NCBI GenBank assembly: GCA_030528675.1 | Contig: JAUMYL010000017.1 | Coordinates: forward strand, 6,860-70,859 | Reading direction: 5' to 3' | Origin: Peptostreptococcaceae bacterium | GTDB lineage: Bacteria; Bacillota; Clostridia; Peptostreptococcales; Filifactoraceae | Length of the DNA: 64,000 nt | Shown here: positions 43,698 to 54,257 of the stretch, piece by piece | Numbering within the stretch: position 1 is the stretch's first letter | Layout: each line of letters opens with the position of its first letter | Program-made: the position numbers and the translations under genes | Notes under the pieces: model-generated | The model's input: the letters and a program-made list of their open reading frames with translations, nothing else | Databases searched by the model: none | Told to the model about the DNA's origin: nothing

Positions 43698-44618
43698 ATG
43701 GGAAAGTACATTTTGCAGCGGCTCGGATCGATTGTGGTCACGATGTTCGTCGTCATCACCTTCACCTTCATCCTGATGCATCTCGTGCCCGGAGGGCCCT
43801 TCACTCAGGAGAAGAAGCTGCCTCCCGAGATCGAAAAGGCTCTGGCGGAAAAATATCATCTCAATGATCCGCTCAGCAAGCAGTATACAGACTATCTGAC
43901 CGGTATCCTGCAGGGAGACTTCGGCCCGTCTTTCAAGTACAAGGGAAGGGACGTCAGCATGATGATCAAGGAGTATTTTCCGGTCTCCGCTCAGCTGGGA
44001 CTGCTCGCCCTTTGTGTGATCCTGCTGGTGGGCGTGCCGCTGGGGGTCGTATCGGCGCTCAGGCAGGGAACTTGGGTCGACAGCGCAGTGATGTTTTTTG
44101 CGATCTTGGGGGTGACGATACCAAGTTTTGTCATAGCGACCCTGCTGATCTATGTGTTCGCTTCCAAGCTCAAACTGCTGCCCACATCGAGGTGGGCGTC
44201 CTGGAAGCATATGATCATGCCGACGGTCGCGATATCCGCCTATTCGATGGCCTTTGTGGCAAGACTGACCCGTTCCTCCATGCTCGAAGTCATCCGGCAG
44301 GACTATATCCGCACGGCAAGAGCGAAGGGGCTCAGCGAGGGCGTCGTCATCTTCAAGCACGCCCTCAAAAACGCCCTGATACCGATCATTACATATATGG
44401 GACCGATGATATCGGGTGTGCTCGTCGGTTCTTTCGTCATCGAGAAGATCTTTGCGATTCCCGGCATGGGCCGCATGTTTGTGGAGAGTATCAGCAACAG
44501 GGACTATACGGTGATCATGGGCGTGACGATCTTCGACGGGCTGCTGCTGGTCGCACTGGTATTCCTCGTGGATATTGCCTACGGCTTCATTGATCCGAGG
44601 ATTAAAATCAATAAATAG
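43698..44618 (+). CDS. oligopeptide/dipeptide ABC transporter permease (OppB/DppB family)
   Basis: 306 aa. N-terminal MGKYILQRLGSIVVTMFVVITFTFILMHLVPGGPF signature of OppB-type permeases. Confidence 0.9.
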   Translation: MGKYILQRLGSIVVTMFVVITFTFILMHLVPGGPFTQEKKLPPEIEKALAEKYHLNDPLSKQYTDYLTGILQGDFGPSFKYKGRDVSMMIKEYFPVSAQLGLLALCVILLVGVPLGVVSALRQGTWVDSAVMFFAILGVTIPSFVIATLLIYVFASKLKLLPTSRWASWKHMIMPTVAISAYSMAFVARLTRSSMLEVIRQDYIRTARAKGLSEGVVIFKHALKNALIPIITYMGPMISGVLVGSFVIEKIFAIPGMGRMFVESISNRDYTVIMGVTIFDGLLLVALVFLVDIAYGFIDPRIKINK

Positions 44619-44629
44619 GAGGGGGCTTT

Positions 44630-45562
44630 ATGGACAATACTTCATTGAAGAAGATCGGTGCGGAGAGCTGGCAGCTTCTTTCCAAAGAGGAAAAGGAGGC
44701 GGATAAGATCGTCAGGCCCTCGATGACCTACTGGGAAGACGTCTGGCGAAGGATGAAAAACAATAAAGTCGCGATGGGCTCCCTGATCTTTCTGACCCTG
44801 CTCGGGCTTGCAGTCATCCTGATTCCAATGTTTTATCCGATTTCCTATTCAGATCAAAATCTCATGAATGCAAACCTGCCGCCGGGGGAGGGCGGTCTTT
44901 TCGGTACGGACAAACTGGGGCGAGACCTCTTCATTCGCGTCGTCTACGGAGCGAGGATATCCCTGACGGTGGGCGTCGCCGCTTCCATAATCAACTTCAT
45001 CGTCGGCGTTGTCTACGGCGGCGTCTCGGGCTATGCGGGCGGGCGCGTGGACAATATCATGATGAGGATCGTCGACATCATCTATACCGTGCCGCTGATG
45101 CTGATCGTCATCCTGTTGATGGTCTGGCTCGGACAGGGGATGAAGAGCATCCTGATCGCCATAGGAACGACCTACTGGATCGGGATGGCGCGTATGGTCA
45201 GAGGGCAGATCTTCTCTCTGAAGGAGCAGGAGTATGTCATGGCGGCGAAGACGCTGGGAGCTTCGGATTCCCGTATCCTCTTCAAGCATCTCGTGCCCAA
45301 TGCGATGGGGCCGATCATCGTCACGATGACGATGTCCGTGCCGCAGGCGATATTCACCGAGGCCTTTCTCTCCTTTGTCGGACTGGGAGTCTCGGCGCCG
45401 ATGGCTTCTTGGGGAGTGCTCTGCAACGACGCGCTGGAGACCTTCACGCTCTACCCTTGGCATTTGTTCTTTCCGGCGGCGGCTCTTTCGCTGACCATGC
45501 TGGCGTTCAACTTTTTGGGAGACGGGCTCCGCGACGCCCTCGACCCCAAGATGCGAAAATAG
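44630..45562 (+). CDS. oligopeptide/dipeptide ABC transporter permease (OppC/DppC family)
   Basis: 310 aa, OppC-type. Confidence 0.9.
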   Translation: MDNTSLKKIGAESWQLLSKEEKEADKIVRPSMTYWEDVWRRMKNNKVAMGSLIFLTLLGLAVILIPMFYPISYSDQNLMNANLPPGEGGLFGTDKLGRDLFIRVVYGARISLTVGVAASIINFIVGVVYGGVSGYAGGRVDNIMMRIVDIIYTVPLMLIVILLMVWLGQGMKSILIAIGTTYWIGMARMVRGQIFSLKEQEYVMAAKTLGASDSRILFKHLVPNAMGPIIVTMTMSVPQAIFTEAFLSFVGLGVSAPMASWGVLCNDALETFTLYPWHLFFPAAALSLTMLAFNFLGDGLRDALDPKMRK

Positions 45563-45571
45563 GAGGTTCTT

Positions 45572-46606
45572 ATGTCGATCAACAACAGACTTTTGGAAGT
45601 AAAGGGGCTTAGAACCTCCTTTTTTACCCATGTGGGCGAAGTCAAGGCGATACGGGGCGTCGATTTTCACCTGGACAAGGGAGAAGCAATCGGCATCGTC
45701 GGGGAGTCCGGATCGGGAAAATCCGTCACCTCCCTGTCGATCATGCGGCTTTTGCTCGATCCGGGCAAGGTCATCGGCGGAGAGATCTTCTTCAATGGAG
45801 AGAATCTCCTTCAAAAGACGGAAAAACAGATGCAGACCATTCGGGGAAACGAGATATCTATGATTTTCCAAGATCCGATGACCTCCCTCAATCCCGTTTA
45901 CACGATAGGCAATCAGATCATGGAGGCGATCCTCAAGCATCAGAAGATCTCAAAGGCGGATGCGAAAGTCAAGGCCATCGAAATGCTGCGGCTCGTCGGC
46001 ATTCCCGGCCCTGAGAAGAGGATCACCCAGTATCCCCATGAGTTTTCCGGAGGGATGAGGCAGAGAGCGATGATCGCGATGTCGCTTTCCTGCGAGCCTC
46101 AGCTGCTGATCGCGGACGAGCCGACGACGGCCCTTGATGTGACGATCCAGGCCCAGATTCTCGAGCTGATGAAAGACCTGCGCTCTAGGCTCAACACCTC
46201 GATCATCCTGATCACCCATGACCTCGGCGTCGTTGTCGACGTCTGCAGCCGCATCATCGTCATGTACGGCGGCGTCATCATGGAGGAAGGGAGCAGCGAC
46301 GAGATCTTTTACGATACGAAGCATCCCTACACTCTCGGACTGCTCCGCTCGATCCCGAAGATGGCGGATCGTGCCTCCAAGCAGAGGCTGATTCCCATCG
46401 AGGGAACTCCTCCGGATCTGCTCAAACCGCCGGCGGGTTGTCCCTTTGCACCTCGCTGTGACTACGCGATGCGGATCTGCGCCGAGAAGGAGCCGGAGAT
46501 CTTCTCCTGCAGCGAGACCCACAGATCCGCCTGTCATCTGCTGCATCCGCAGGCGCCTCTGATACCCGAAATCAACGGAAATCTCAGGAAGGAGGGGAGA
46601 GCCTGA
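45572..46606 (+). CDS. oligopeptide/dipeptide ABC transporter ATP-binding protein (OppD family)
   Basis: 344 aa. Walker [10 protein letters not shown]-terminal oligopeptide-transporter extension with Cys motif. Confidence 0.9.
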   Translation: MSINNRLLEVKGLRTSFFTHVGEVKAIRGVDFHLDKGEAIGIVGESGSGKSVTSLSIMRLLLDPGKVIGGEIFFNGENLLQKTEKQMQTIRGNEISMIFQDPMTSLNPVYTIGNQIMEAILKHQKISKADAKVKAIEMLRLVGIPGPEKRITQYPHEFSGGMRQRAMIAMSLSCEPQLLIADEPTTALDVTIQAQILELMKDLRSRLNTSIILITHDLGVVVDVCSRIIVMYGGVIMEEGSSDEIFYDTKHPYTLGLLRSIPKMADRASKQRLIPIEGTPPDLLKPPAGCPFAPRCDYAMRICAEKEPEIFSCSETHRSACHLLHPQAPLIPEINGNLRKEGRA

Positions 46607-47592
46607 TGCTGTATCCGAATGCAGAGACTTTGATCGAAGTCAAAAATCTGAAAAAATATTTCCCGGTCAGTCAGGGTTTTTTCGGAAAGACAAGTTATGT
46701 TCAGGCGGTGGATGACGTCTCCTTCGCGATCAAAAAAGGAGAGACCCTCGGCCTCGTCGGAGAATCCGGCTGCGGCAAATCCACGACCGGAAGGACGATC
46801 ATCCGCCTTTACGATCCGACGGCGGGAGAGATCATCTTCAAGGGAACGGAGCTGGGAAGGTTGAGCCCCGCTCAGATGAAGCCCTATCGCAAGGATATCC
46901 AGATGATCTTTCAGGATCCCTACGCTTCCCTCAACGCCCGCATGACCGTCGGCGACATCGTTGGAGAAGCCTTTGATATCCACGGTCTTTTCTCCGGCAA
47001 AGAACGGCTGGAAAAGATCCATGAGCTCCTGCACGACGTCGGCCTCAATCCGGATCACGCGGCCAGATATCCGCATGAGTTTTCCGGGGGACAGAGACAG
47101 CGTATCGGGATCGCCCGGGCGCTGGCGGTCAATCCGGACTTCATCATCTGCGACGAGCCGATATCAGCTCTGGACGTCTCGATTCAGGCTCAGGTGGTCA
47201 ATATGCTGGAAGATCTGCAGGGAGAGAGAGGCCTGACCTATCTCTTCATCGCCCATGACCTTTCGATGGTCAAGCATATCTCCAACCGGATCGGCGTCAT
47301 GTACTTGGGCAAGCTCGTCGAGCTTGCGGAGTCCGATGCGCTTTATGATTCGCCCCAGCATCCCTATACGCAGGCGCTGCTGTCCGCGATTCCCGTGCCG
47401 GATCCGAAGACGTCGAGAGAGAGCCGGCGCATCATCCTGCAGGGGGATGTGCCCAGTCCGCTCAATCCGCCCTCCGGCTGCCACTTTCGCACCCGCTGCC
47501 GTCATGTGATGGATATATGCAGGGAACAGGAGCCTCAGTTTCGCGAGATCGCTCCCGGGAGGATGTGTGCCTGCCACCTGCATGACAAATAA
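46606..47592 (+). CDS. oligopeptide/dipeptide ABC transporter ATP-binding protein (OppF family)
   Basis: 328 aa. Walker [10 protein letters not shown], signature [15 protein letters not shown]. Confidence 0.9.
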   Translation: MLYPNAETLIEVKNLKKYFPVSQGFFGKTSYVQAVDDVSFAIKKGETLGLVGESGCGKSTTGRTIIRLYDPTAGEIIFKGTELGRLSPAQMKPYRKDIQMIFQDPYASLNARMTVGDIVGEAFDIHGLFSGKERLEKIHELLHDVGLNPDHAARYPHEFSGGQRQRIGIARALAVNPDFIICDEPISALDVSIQAQVVNMLEDLQGERGLTYLFIAHDLSMVKHISNRIGVMYLGKLVELAESDALYDSPQHPYTQALLSAIPVPDPKTSRESRRIILQGDVPSPLNPPSGCHFRTRCRHVMDICREQEPQFREIAPGRMCACHLHDK

Positions 47593-47793
47593 TTTCTCCG
47601 AAGAAAGAGGGAACTGTGGTATAATGTATTCAAGGGGTATACAGTTGTCGTTCATATGTGCATATTCTCGGGAGTGGAGCCGGGAAGCGGACGAAAAGAA
47701 GAGCGTTTGAGGATAGAATGTCTTCGTTCGCAAAAGGTTTCATGGAACCGAAGGATATAGATTTTTTACCATTACTAAAAGGAGGGAATGATT

Positions 47794-49458
47794 TTGAAAA
47801 AGAGATTAGCAGCATGGGCACTGGCAGCCCTGATGGGAATGAGTCTGCTGACCGGATGCGGCGGGGACAAGCCTGCGGAAGGCAAGACCGAAGGAACTGA
47901 GACGGAACAGAGCGGAGAAACGGGAGCCCCTGTGGAGGGAGCGGTCGTACGACATAATCTGTCCGTCGACCCTGCGACCATCGACCCGGCGCTCAACTCG
48001 GCGGTGGACGGAGCCGTCGTGCTCAGCAACCTGTTTGAGGGGCTCTGCCGCACCGACGCCAACGACAAGGCGATTCCGGGCATCGCGGAGAAATGGGAAG
48101 TGTCCGAAGACGGGCTTCACTACACCTTCCATCTGCGTGAGGCGAAATGGTCGGACGGAGAGATCCTCAAAGCCGGAGATTTCGAGTACGCCTGGAAGAG
48201 AGCCCTCGCTCCCGAGACCGCTGCAGAGTACGCCTACCAGCTCTACTATCTGGCAAACGGAGAAAAGTACAACTCCGGTGAAGGAACGGCGGATGAAGTC
48301 GGCGTCAAAGCCGTGGACGACAAGACACTGGAAGTCACCCTGCAGGATCCGACTCCTTACTTCCTCGAGCTGACGGCTTTCCCTACATATTTCCCGGTCA
48401 GAAAGGATATCGTAGAGAAAGATCCGGAAAAATGGGCGCTGGATCCGGCGACCCTGATCTCCAACGGACCCTTTAAGCTGGCGGAATGGAAGCACAACGA
48501 CGTCATGAAGCTGGTCAAAAACGAGAACTATTACGACGCCGGCGTCGTGAAGCTCGCGGGCGTGGACTTCTTCATGATCACCGAGGAGACGACGGGTCTC
48601 GCCGCTTTTGAAAACGGAGAGCTGGACTATACCGAACCGGTGCCTCAGGCGAAGATTCCGGTGCTCAAGCAGGAAGGCAATGAGAACTTCTTTATCAGAC
48701 CGTACCTTGGAACCTACTTCTATGTGTTCAATGTGACAGCCAAGCCCGTCGACGACGTAAAAGTCCGTCAGGCGCTGACCCTTGCCATCGACCGTACAGC
48801 GATCGTGGAAAAAGTATCTCAGGGCGGACAGCAGCAGGCGAACGGTTTCGTGCCTGCGGGTATGCCGACGCACGACGGAAAGAGCTTCCGTGAGTTTGCC
48901 GGAGACTACGGCATCCCTGCGACCGCCGATGTGGAAAAAGCGAAGGCTCTGCTGGCGGAGGCGGGCTATCCGAACGGAGAAGGATTCCCGAGCGTCACCC
49001 TGTACTACAACACTCTTGAAAGCCACAAGGCGATTGCCGAAGCGGTGCAGGAGATGTGGAAGCAGAACTTGGGCATCACTGTGGAGCTGCAGAACGAAGA
49101 GTGGAAGGTCTTCCAGGAGAGAAGGAACAATCTGGATTTCACGATTGCAAGACACGGATGGATCGCAGACTACGCCGATCCGATGAACTTCCTCGAGATG
49201 TGGCTGTCCGGCTCCGGAAATAACAACTCCGGCTGGAAGAGCGCGGAATTTGACAAGCTCGTGGCGGATTCCAAAGCCGCAAGCGGCGCTGAGAGAGACG
49301 AGATCATGAAGCAGGCGGAGAAGCTAATGATGGAGGAGTATATCACCTGCCCGATCTACTATTACACCCTGCCCTGCATGGTCAATCCGAAACTCAAAGA
49401 CGTGCAGATGTCCGCTCTCGGATTCGTATTCTACAGAGAGGCGTATATCACAGAATAA
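47794..49458 (+). CDS. peptide ABC transporter substrate-binding lipoprotein (SBP family 5, OppA/DppA-like)
   Basis: TTG start 7 nt after GGAGGG. Lipobox MSLLTGC. 550-aa family-5 SBP. Located at the 3' end of the operon. Confidence 0.85.
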   Translation: MKKRLAAWALAALMGMSLLTGCGGDKPAEGKTEGTETEQSGETGAPVEGAVVRHNLSVDPATIDPALNSAVDGAVVLSNLFEGLCRTDANDKAIPGIAEKWEVSEDGLHYTFHLREAKWSDGEILKAGDFEYAWKRALAPETAAEYAYQLYYLANGEKYNSGEGTADEVGVKAVDDKTLEVTLQDPTPYFLELTAFPTYFPVRKDIVEKDPEKWALDPATLISNGPFKLAEWKHNDVMKLVKNENYYDAGVVKLAGVDFFMITEETTGLAAFENGELDYTEPVPQAKIPVLKQEGNENFFIRPYLGTYFYVFNVTAKPVDDVKVRQALTLAIDRTAIVEKVSQGGQQQANGFVPAGMPTHDGKSFREFAGDYGIPATADVEKAKALLAEAGYPNGEGFPSVTLYYNTLESHKAIAEAVQEMWKQNLGITVELQNEEWKVFQERRNNLDFTIARHGWIADYADPMNFLEMWLSGSGNNNSGWKSAEFDKLVADSKAASGAERDEIMKQAEKLMMEEYITCPIYYYTLPCMVNPKLKDVQMSALGFVFYREAYITE

Positions 49459-49521
49459 GAGAAGCAGACGCCATGTATATCTGTAAAGGCTTGACGGAAG
49501 AGTGAGTTTTTGAGAGAAATT

Positions 49522-49576
49522 AAAACGGCTGAATTTCAACAGTATATTTGTTGAGTTCAGCCGTTTTTATTTTTTC
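49522..49576 (+). terminator. intrinsic terminator after the peptide ABC operon
   Basis: AAAACGGCTGAA-tttcaacagtatatttgttgag-TTCAGCCGTTTT plus TATTTTTTC. Sequence related to the hairpin at 24491-24541. Confidence 0.8.
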
Positions 49577-49601
49577 AGGACTTTTGATACTACACTCTGT
49601 A

Positions 49602-49735
49602 CGAAATACCATCCGATAGTCCGACCAGTGTTCAATGAAATTTCAGATGACAGATCAGGAGTACATTTTATCGGAGGGAATTTTGATCAGGTATCCGTAT
49701 GAGACGCTTCCTTGCGGAGATGAGAGCGATTATTA
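49602..49735 (+). repeat. dispersed intergenic repeat family A, copy 4
   Basis: ACACTCTGTACGAAATACCATCCGATAGTCCGACCAGTGTTCAATGAAATTTCAGATGACAGATCAGGAGTACATTTTATCGGAGGGAATTTTGATCAGGTATCCGTATGAGA... Confidence 0.85.
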
Positions 49736-50009
49736 AGAAAAAGTTACAATCCTTCTTTGGAGCTTGAAAGGCTCAGGGAGATAATGCTATCCTTGAATAG
49801 ATGGATTCTGTTTCGGATATTTTAAGGAAGAGACACAGGCCGATACCGCGGCCGGATACCCGACGAAAGGTGCAGGATCCGTCGGATGGAAGATACAGGA
49901 ATGGATAGAAAGGCTGCGGAGTAAGATCCGCCCCTTTACCGATATCGCGCCGGCGTATACCGGATGGAAGTCTGTAAAGGGCGGCGTGCAGTCAATGAGG
50001 AGGAGAACC

Positions 50010-52013
50010 ATGTTTTCGTGGAAATATACAGAAAAGGCGAAAAAAAGCCTGAAAAAGGGGATCGTGCTGCCCCTTACCTGCTTTCTGATCTCGGCTTGGG
50101 CCGTGTCGCCGGAGGAAGTCTTCGGAGCGATCCGTATCGAGTACGGACTCTATACGGTCAAAGGCAAACAGACGAAACTTGCCCATGCGGATATCCGGAT
50201 CGATTCGGTCAGGCTGACCGCTCCGAAGGGCGATGTTCCGCCGATTATCCTGCAGTCGAGGACTTTTGTTCCCGTGCGTATGGTCTCGGAGAAGCTGGGA
50301 GCCGCTGTCGACTGGAATCCAAAGACGGAGGAAGTGACAGTGGAGAAGGAGGGAAAAAACATCCGTCTCAAGATCGGAAGTCCTACAGCCATTGTAAACG
50401 GTGAGCAGAAAACTCTGCCGGACTCCGTCGCTCCACTGATCGTCGGCAGTCGCACGATGCTGCCCATAAGGTTTTTGGCGGAGGAGTTTTCGATGAAGAT
50501 CCATTATGACGCCAAGACCAACAGCATCGATCTGACGACTTCGGGAGAGAGACCTCTCAGCGAAGAGGAGGCTTCCGCGATCATCGGACAGGTGGATCCC
50601 GGGATTCTTCCTCAGGACAGTCCGCTGCTGGACAGTCTTCAGGACGGCCGCTCGCCGGATCCCACAGGGCCGATAGATACGATCGACCCGCTGGGGCCTT
50701 CCCTTCCGAATCCTCCTCTGCCGCCCATCGGCCCTCTGCCGCCCGACAGCCCCGCGCTTCCTGAAGTTCCTCCGCTGCCGCCCAATCCCGGCGATACGGG
50801 CGGTCAGCCTCAGACTCCGGGAGGAAAAGAGCTGCGTTATGAGCTGAGTCAAAGCGGACTGGGACAGGAAAGTTTTGTCATAAAGGGAGCGGGAAATCTT
50901 TCGTATCAGGATTTTTTCCTCAGCAATCCGGAAAGATTGGTCATTGATATCAAAGGAGCCGTACTTGCCTCTGATCTTGAGCAGAATAAAATCTACTCGG
51001 GAGGGAATTTTATCACGCAGATGAACTCCGGGATCTACAGCAGTGAGAAGAAGCTGCGCTTTTCCCTCGCTCTGGCAAAAGATGTCTCCCGCAAGGAGAT
51101 ATCCGTCAAGAAGAGCGGAGAGGACGTCCTTGTGGAATACAGATCTTCCAAACCGCAAAACTCAAATCTGAAATTTGAGGCGGACAGGGTTCGGGCAAGT
51201 CTGCAGCTGAAACTTGCAGAGGCCCATTCCGTCACAGACCTGATCGAGGACAGTGAGAACGCGGTGCTTCGCTTTACGGTTCCCTATGAGAAGGCGAAGC
51301 TGAAGGACGAGGCGAGGAATCTCAACAACAACCTGGTCAAGACGATACAGGTCGTCAAAAATGGAGATACCAGCGAGATTTCTCTGCACCTCAAGCAGAG
51401 AGTCAAGTGGAAGATGACGGATACCGGAGGCGCTTTTGTCGGGATCCATCTGACCAAGGAACAGAGGAGCACGCCGCTGATCGTCATCGATCCCGGTCAT
51501 GGGGCCCATGATCCCGGAGCGGTGGCCAAGAGCACCGGGATGACGGAAAAAGCGCTCAATCTCATGATCGGAAAGAAAGTCCAGTCCCGTCTGCTGGAAA
51601 AAGGCTATGAAGTGATCATGACCAGAGAGACGGATGTTTATCCGAAAAATCCGGATCGGGCGATTCTCGCCAACGAAAAAGAAGCGGATATGTTTGTCTC
51701 GATCCACAACAATGCCGCCGGAAAGACCTCGACAAACGGACTGGAAGTGCTCTATTATCCGACGGAGGACAACAAGCAGCTGGCGGATATCTTCCGGGAA
51801 GAGATCGTCAAAGCTGCGGGGATGTATGACAGAGGGCTGCGCAAGAGGCCGGATCTCATCGTGCTCAACACGACCCGCGTGCCTGCCGTGCTGCTGGAAC
51901 TCGGTTATATGACGAATGCCGCCGAGCTGAAGAAGCTCAGCGACGACGCCTACCAGGAGAGGCTGGCGGAGGGCATCGTCAACGGGATCGTATCCTATAT
52001 GGAAAAATACTGA
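50010..52013 (+). CDS. N-acetylmuramoyl-L-alanine amidase (Amidase_3) with N-terminal copper-amine-oxidase-like (CwlC-N type) repeats and Pro-rich linker
   Basis: ATG 6 nt after AGGAGGAG. Signal peptide. Two Cu-amine-oxidase N-domain-like repeats (VRMVSEKLGAAVDWNPKTEEVTV). PxP-rich linker. C-terminal IVIDPGHG...SIHNNA Amidase_3. Confidence 0.85.
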   Translation: MFSWKYTEKAKKSLKKGIVLPLTCFLISAWAVSPEEVFGAIRIEYGLYTVKGKQTKLAHADIRIDSVRLTAPKGDVPPIILQSRTFVPVRMVSEKLGAAVDWNPKTEEVTVEKEGKNIRLKIGSPTAIVNGEQKTLPDSVAPLIVGSRTMLPIRFLAEEFSMKIHYDAKTNSIDLTTSGERPLSEEEASAIIGQVDPGILPQDSPLLDSLQDGRSPDPTGPIDTIDPLGPSLPNPPLPPIGPLPPDSPALPEVPPLPPNPGDTGGQPQTPGGKELRYELSQSGLGQESFVIKGAGNLSYQDFFLSNPERLVIDIKGAVLASDLEQNKIYSGGNFITQMNSGIYSSEKKLRFSLALAKDVSRKEISVKKSGEDVLVEYRSSKPQNSNLKFEADRVRASLQLKLAEAHSVTDLIEDSENAVLRFTVPYEKAKLKDEARNLNNNLVKTIQVVKNGDTSEISLHLKQRVKWKMTDTGGAFVGIHLTKEQRSTPLIVIDPGHGAHDPGAVAKSTGMTEKALNLMIGKKVQSRLLEKGYEVIMTRETDVYPKNPDRAILANEKEADMFVSIHNNAAGKTSTNGLEVLYYPTEDNKQLADIFREEIVKAAGMYDRGLRKRPDLIVLNTTRVPAVLLELGYMTNAAELKKLSDDAYQERLAEGIVNGIVSYMEKY

Positions 52014-52036
52014 TATCAGGATGGAGAGGATAGAGT

Positions 52037-53368
52037 TTGGACAAAAAAGCGAATGAACTCAGAGAGATCAGGATCACGAAAGACTATATAAAATATGCGG
52101 AGGGATCGGTGCTCGTCGAATTCGGCGATACGAAGGTCATCTGCACGGCCTCTGTCGAGGAAAAAGTACCTCCCTTCCTCAAAAATACGGGTACGGGCTG
52201 GGTCAGTGCGGAGTATTCGATGCTGCCCCGCTCGACTCAGCAGCGAAAGATCCGCGATGCCGCAAGGGGAAAGATCGACGGAAGGACGCACGAGATCCAG
52301 CGTCTGATCGGCAGAGCCCTCCGCTCTGTCGTCGATATGAAGGCGTTGGGAGAGCGGACGGTCTGGCTTGACTGTGATGTGATCCAGGCGGACGGAGGGA
52401 CGAGGACGGCCTCGATCACGGGCGCCTTTGTCGCGCTCTGTGAAGCGCTTTACGGACTCTACCGGAAAAAGACGGTCGCGAAGTTTCCGGTCAGCGCCTT
52501 CGTCAGCGCGGTCAGCGTCGGTATCGTCGATTCGAAAGAGATCCTCGACCTCTGCTACGAGCAGGACTCAAGGGCGCAGGTGGATATGAACGTCGTCATG
52601 ACGGACAGGGGCGAATTTATCGAGGTACAGGGTACGGGAGAGGAACAGCCTTTTACGAAAACCCAGCTCTATGCACTGCTGGAGCTTGCAGAGCAGGGAA
52701 ACCGCGAGCTGATGCGTATTCAGCGAAAGGTGCTCGGCGAGGAGATCGCCGGTCTGATATCCGAAAAGCCGAGAACCGAATTTGTCATCGCTTCCTCAAA
52801 TGCACACAAGATGGAGGAGATCGGAGCGATTACGGAGAGGATGAACCTTCGTCTGCTCTCTCTGCGGGATGTGGGGCTGGAAGGTCTTGCAATCGAGGAG
52901 AGCGGCACGACCTTTGAGGAAAATGCGCTGATCAAGGCGAGAGAAGTGGCGGCGCTGACCGGAAGACCTGCGGTCGCCGACGATTCCGGGCTGATGGTCG
53001 ATGTGCTCGGAGGGCGTCCCGGCGTCTATTCTGCCCGTTTTTCCGGCGAGGGAGCCACGGATGAAAAGAACAATGAAAAACTCCTGACGCTGCTCAGAGG
53101 CTATGATCTGGACAGCAGAACCGCAAAATTCGTCTCGGTGATCGCCGTCGTTTTTCCGGATGGAAAGGAGCTGATTGCGAAGGGGATCTGCGAAGGCAGG
53201 ATCGGGTTTTCGCCCGAAGGCGGCGGAGGCTTCGGCTATGACCCGCTGTTTACCCCCAAGGGGATGAACAGAACCTTCGCTCAGATCACGCCGGAGGAGA
53301 AAAATGCGGTCAGTCACCGTGCGAAGGCGCTAAAGGAGATGGTGAGACTGCTCGGAGAGACGATCTGA
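52037..53368 (+). CDS. bifunctional ribonuclease PH / non-canonical purine NTP pyrophosphatase (rph-rdgB fusion)
   Basis: 443 aa. Residues 1-240 are RNase PH (...[18 protein letters not shown]...). Residues 245-443 are the Ham1/RdgB fold ([14 protein letters not shown]...[10 protein letters not shown]...FGYDPLF). Confidence 0.88.
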   Translation: MDKKANELREIRITKDYIKYAEGSVLVEFGDTKVICTASVEEKVPPFLKNTGTGWVSAEYSMLPRSTQQRKIRDAARGKIDGRTHEIQRLIGRALRSVVDMKALGERTVWLDCDVIQADGGTRTASITGAFVALCEALYGLYRKKTVAKFPVSAFVSAVSVGIVDSKEILDLCYEQDSRAQVDMNVVMTDRGEFIEVQGTGEEQPFTKTQLYALLELAEQGNRELMRIQRKVLGEEIAGLISEKPRTEFVIASSNAHKMEEIGAITERMNLRLLSLRDVGLEGLAIEESGTTFEENALIKAREVAALTGRPAVADDSGLMVDVLGGRPGVYSARFSGEGATDEKNNEKLLTLLRGYDLDSRTAKFVSVIAVVFPDGKELIAKGICEGRIGFSPEGGGGFGYDPLFTPKGMNRTFAQITPEEKNAVSHRAKALKEMVRLLGETI

Positions 53369-53468
53369 GGAGAAATCTTTTTGTAGATTTTTTGTAAATC
53401 TTTGCCTGAAAACTTTTGGTAAGATGAAATCAGGAGCTGTTTTCATTCTGTCTGCAAGGAGGAAAAAG

Positions 53469-54257
53469 ATGGATATCTTACTGAAGGTACAAAAGCTCAA
53501 AAAGAGTTTTGGAAGTACGCAGGTGCTGCACGGACTGGATTTTGAGGTGCGAAGGGGTGATATCGTCGGCTATATCGGTTCCAACGGATCCGGCAAGAGC
53601 ACGACGGTCAAGCTGATCCTCGGACTGCTTTCCGGTTACGAAGGAGAGATCGAGATCTTCGGGGAGAACATCCGCAGCGGCGACATCGGCTACAAGAGGA
53701 GGATCGGCTATGTCCCGGAGGTGGCGGAGCTCTATGAGACGCTGACGCCGAGGGAGTATCTGCGCTTTCTGTCACGGATCTATGAGACGGAGGAGGCGGA
53801 TTTTCTCGGAAGAGCGCAGGATATGCTGGATATCTTCGGGATCGCGGGTTCTTTTGACAGCCGTATCAGCTCTTTTTCGAAGGGGATGAAGCAGAAGCTC
53901 GTCATCGTCTGCAGCATGGTTCACAACCCGGATATCCTGTTTCTGGATGAGCCGCTGAGCGGACTGGACGCCAACAGCGTCGCGGTCTTCAAGGAGGTCG
54001 TCGACAGTCTTGCGAAGTCCGGCAAGACGATATTCTATTCGTCTCATATCATGGAACTGGTGGAAAAGATCAGCAGCCGGATCATCCTGCTTAAAAACGG
54101 CAGCATCCTTGCGGATCGGTCGATGCAGGATCTCGTGCGGGAAAACCGGGATCACTCTCTTGAAGAAGTGTTCAACGAGCTGACGGGCTTTGAGCAAAAG
54201 CATGACCTTGCGGGACGTTTTGTCGATTCGGTGCTGGGGGGAGAGCGTCATGAATGA
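53469..54257 (+). CDS. ABC transporter ATP-binding protein
   Basis: Internal ATG after AAGGAGGAAAAAG. Walker A GSNGSGKSTT, signature FSKGMKQKLVIVCSM, Walker B ILFLDEP. Confidence 0.88.
   Translation: MDILLKVQKLKKSFGSTQVLHGLDFEVRRGDIVGYIGSNGSGKSTTVKLILGLLSGYEGEIEIFGENIRSGDIGYKRRIGYVPEVAELYETLTPREYLRFLSRIYETEEADFLGRAQDMLDIFGIAGSFDSRISSFSKGMKQKLVIVCSMVHNPDILFLDEPLSGLDANSVAVFKEVVDSLAKSGKTIFYSSHIMELVEKISSRIILLKNGSILADRSMQDLVRENRDHSLEEVFNELTGFEQKHDLAGRFVDSVLGGERHE

Noticed and set aside
47806-49155. 449-aa ORF on the - strand
   Set aside because: Antisense to the peptide-binding lipoprotein gene.
49992-51158. 388-aa ORF on the - strand
   Set aside because: Antisense to the amidase gene.
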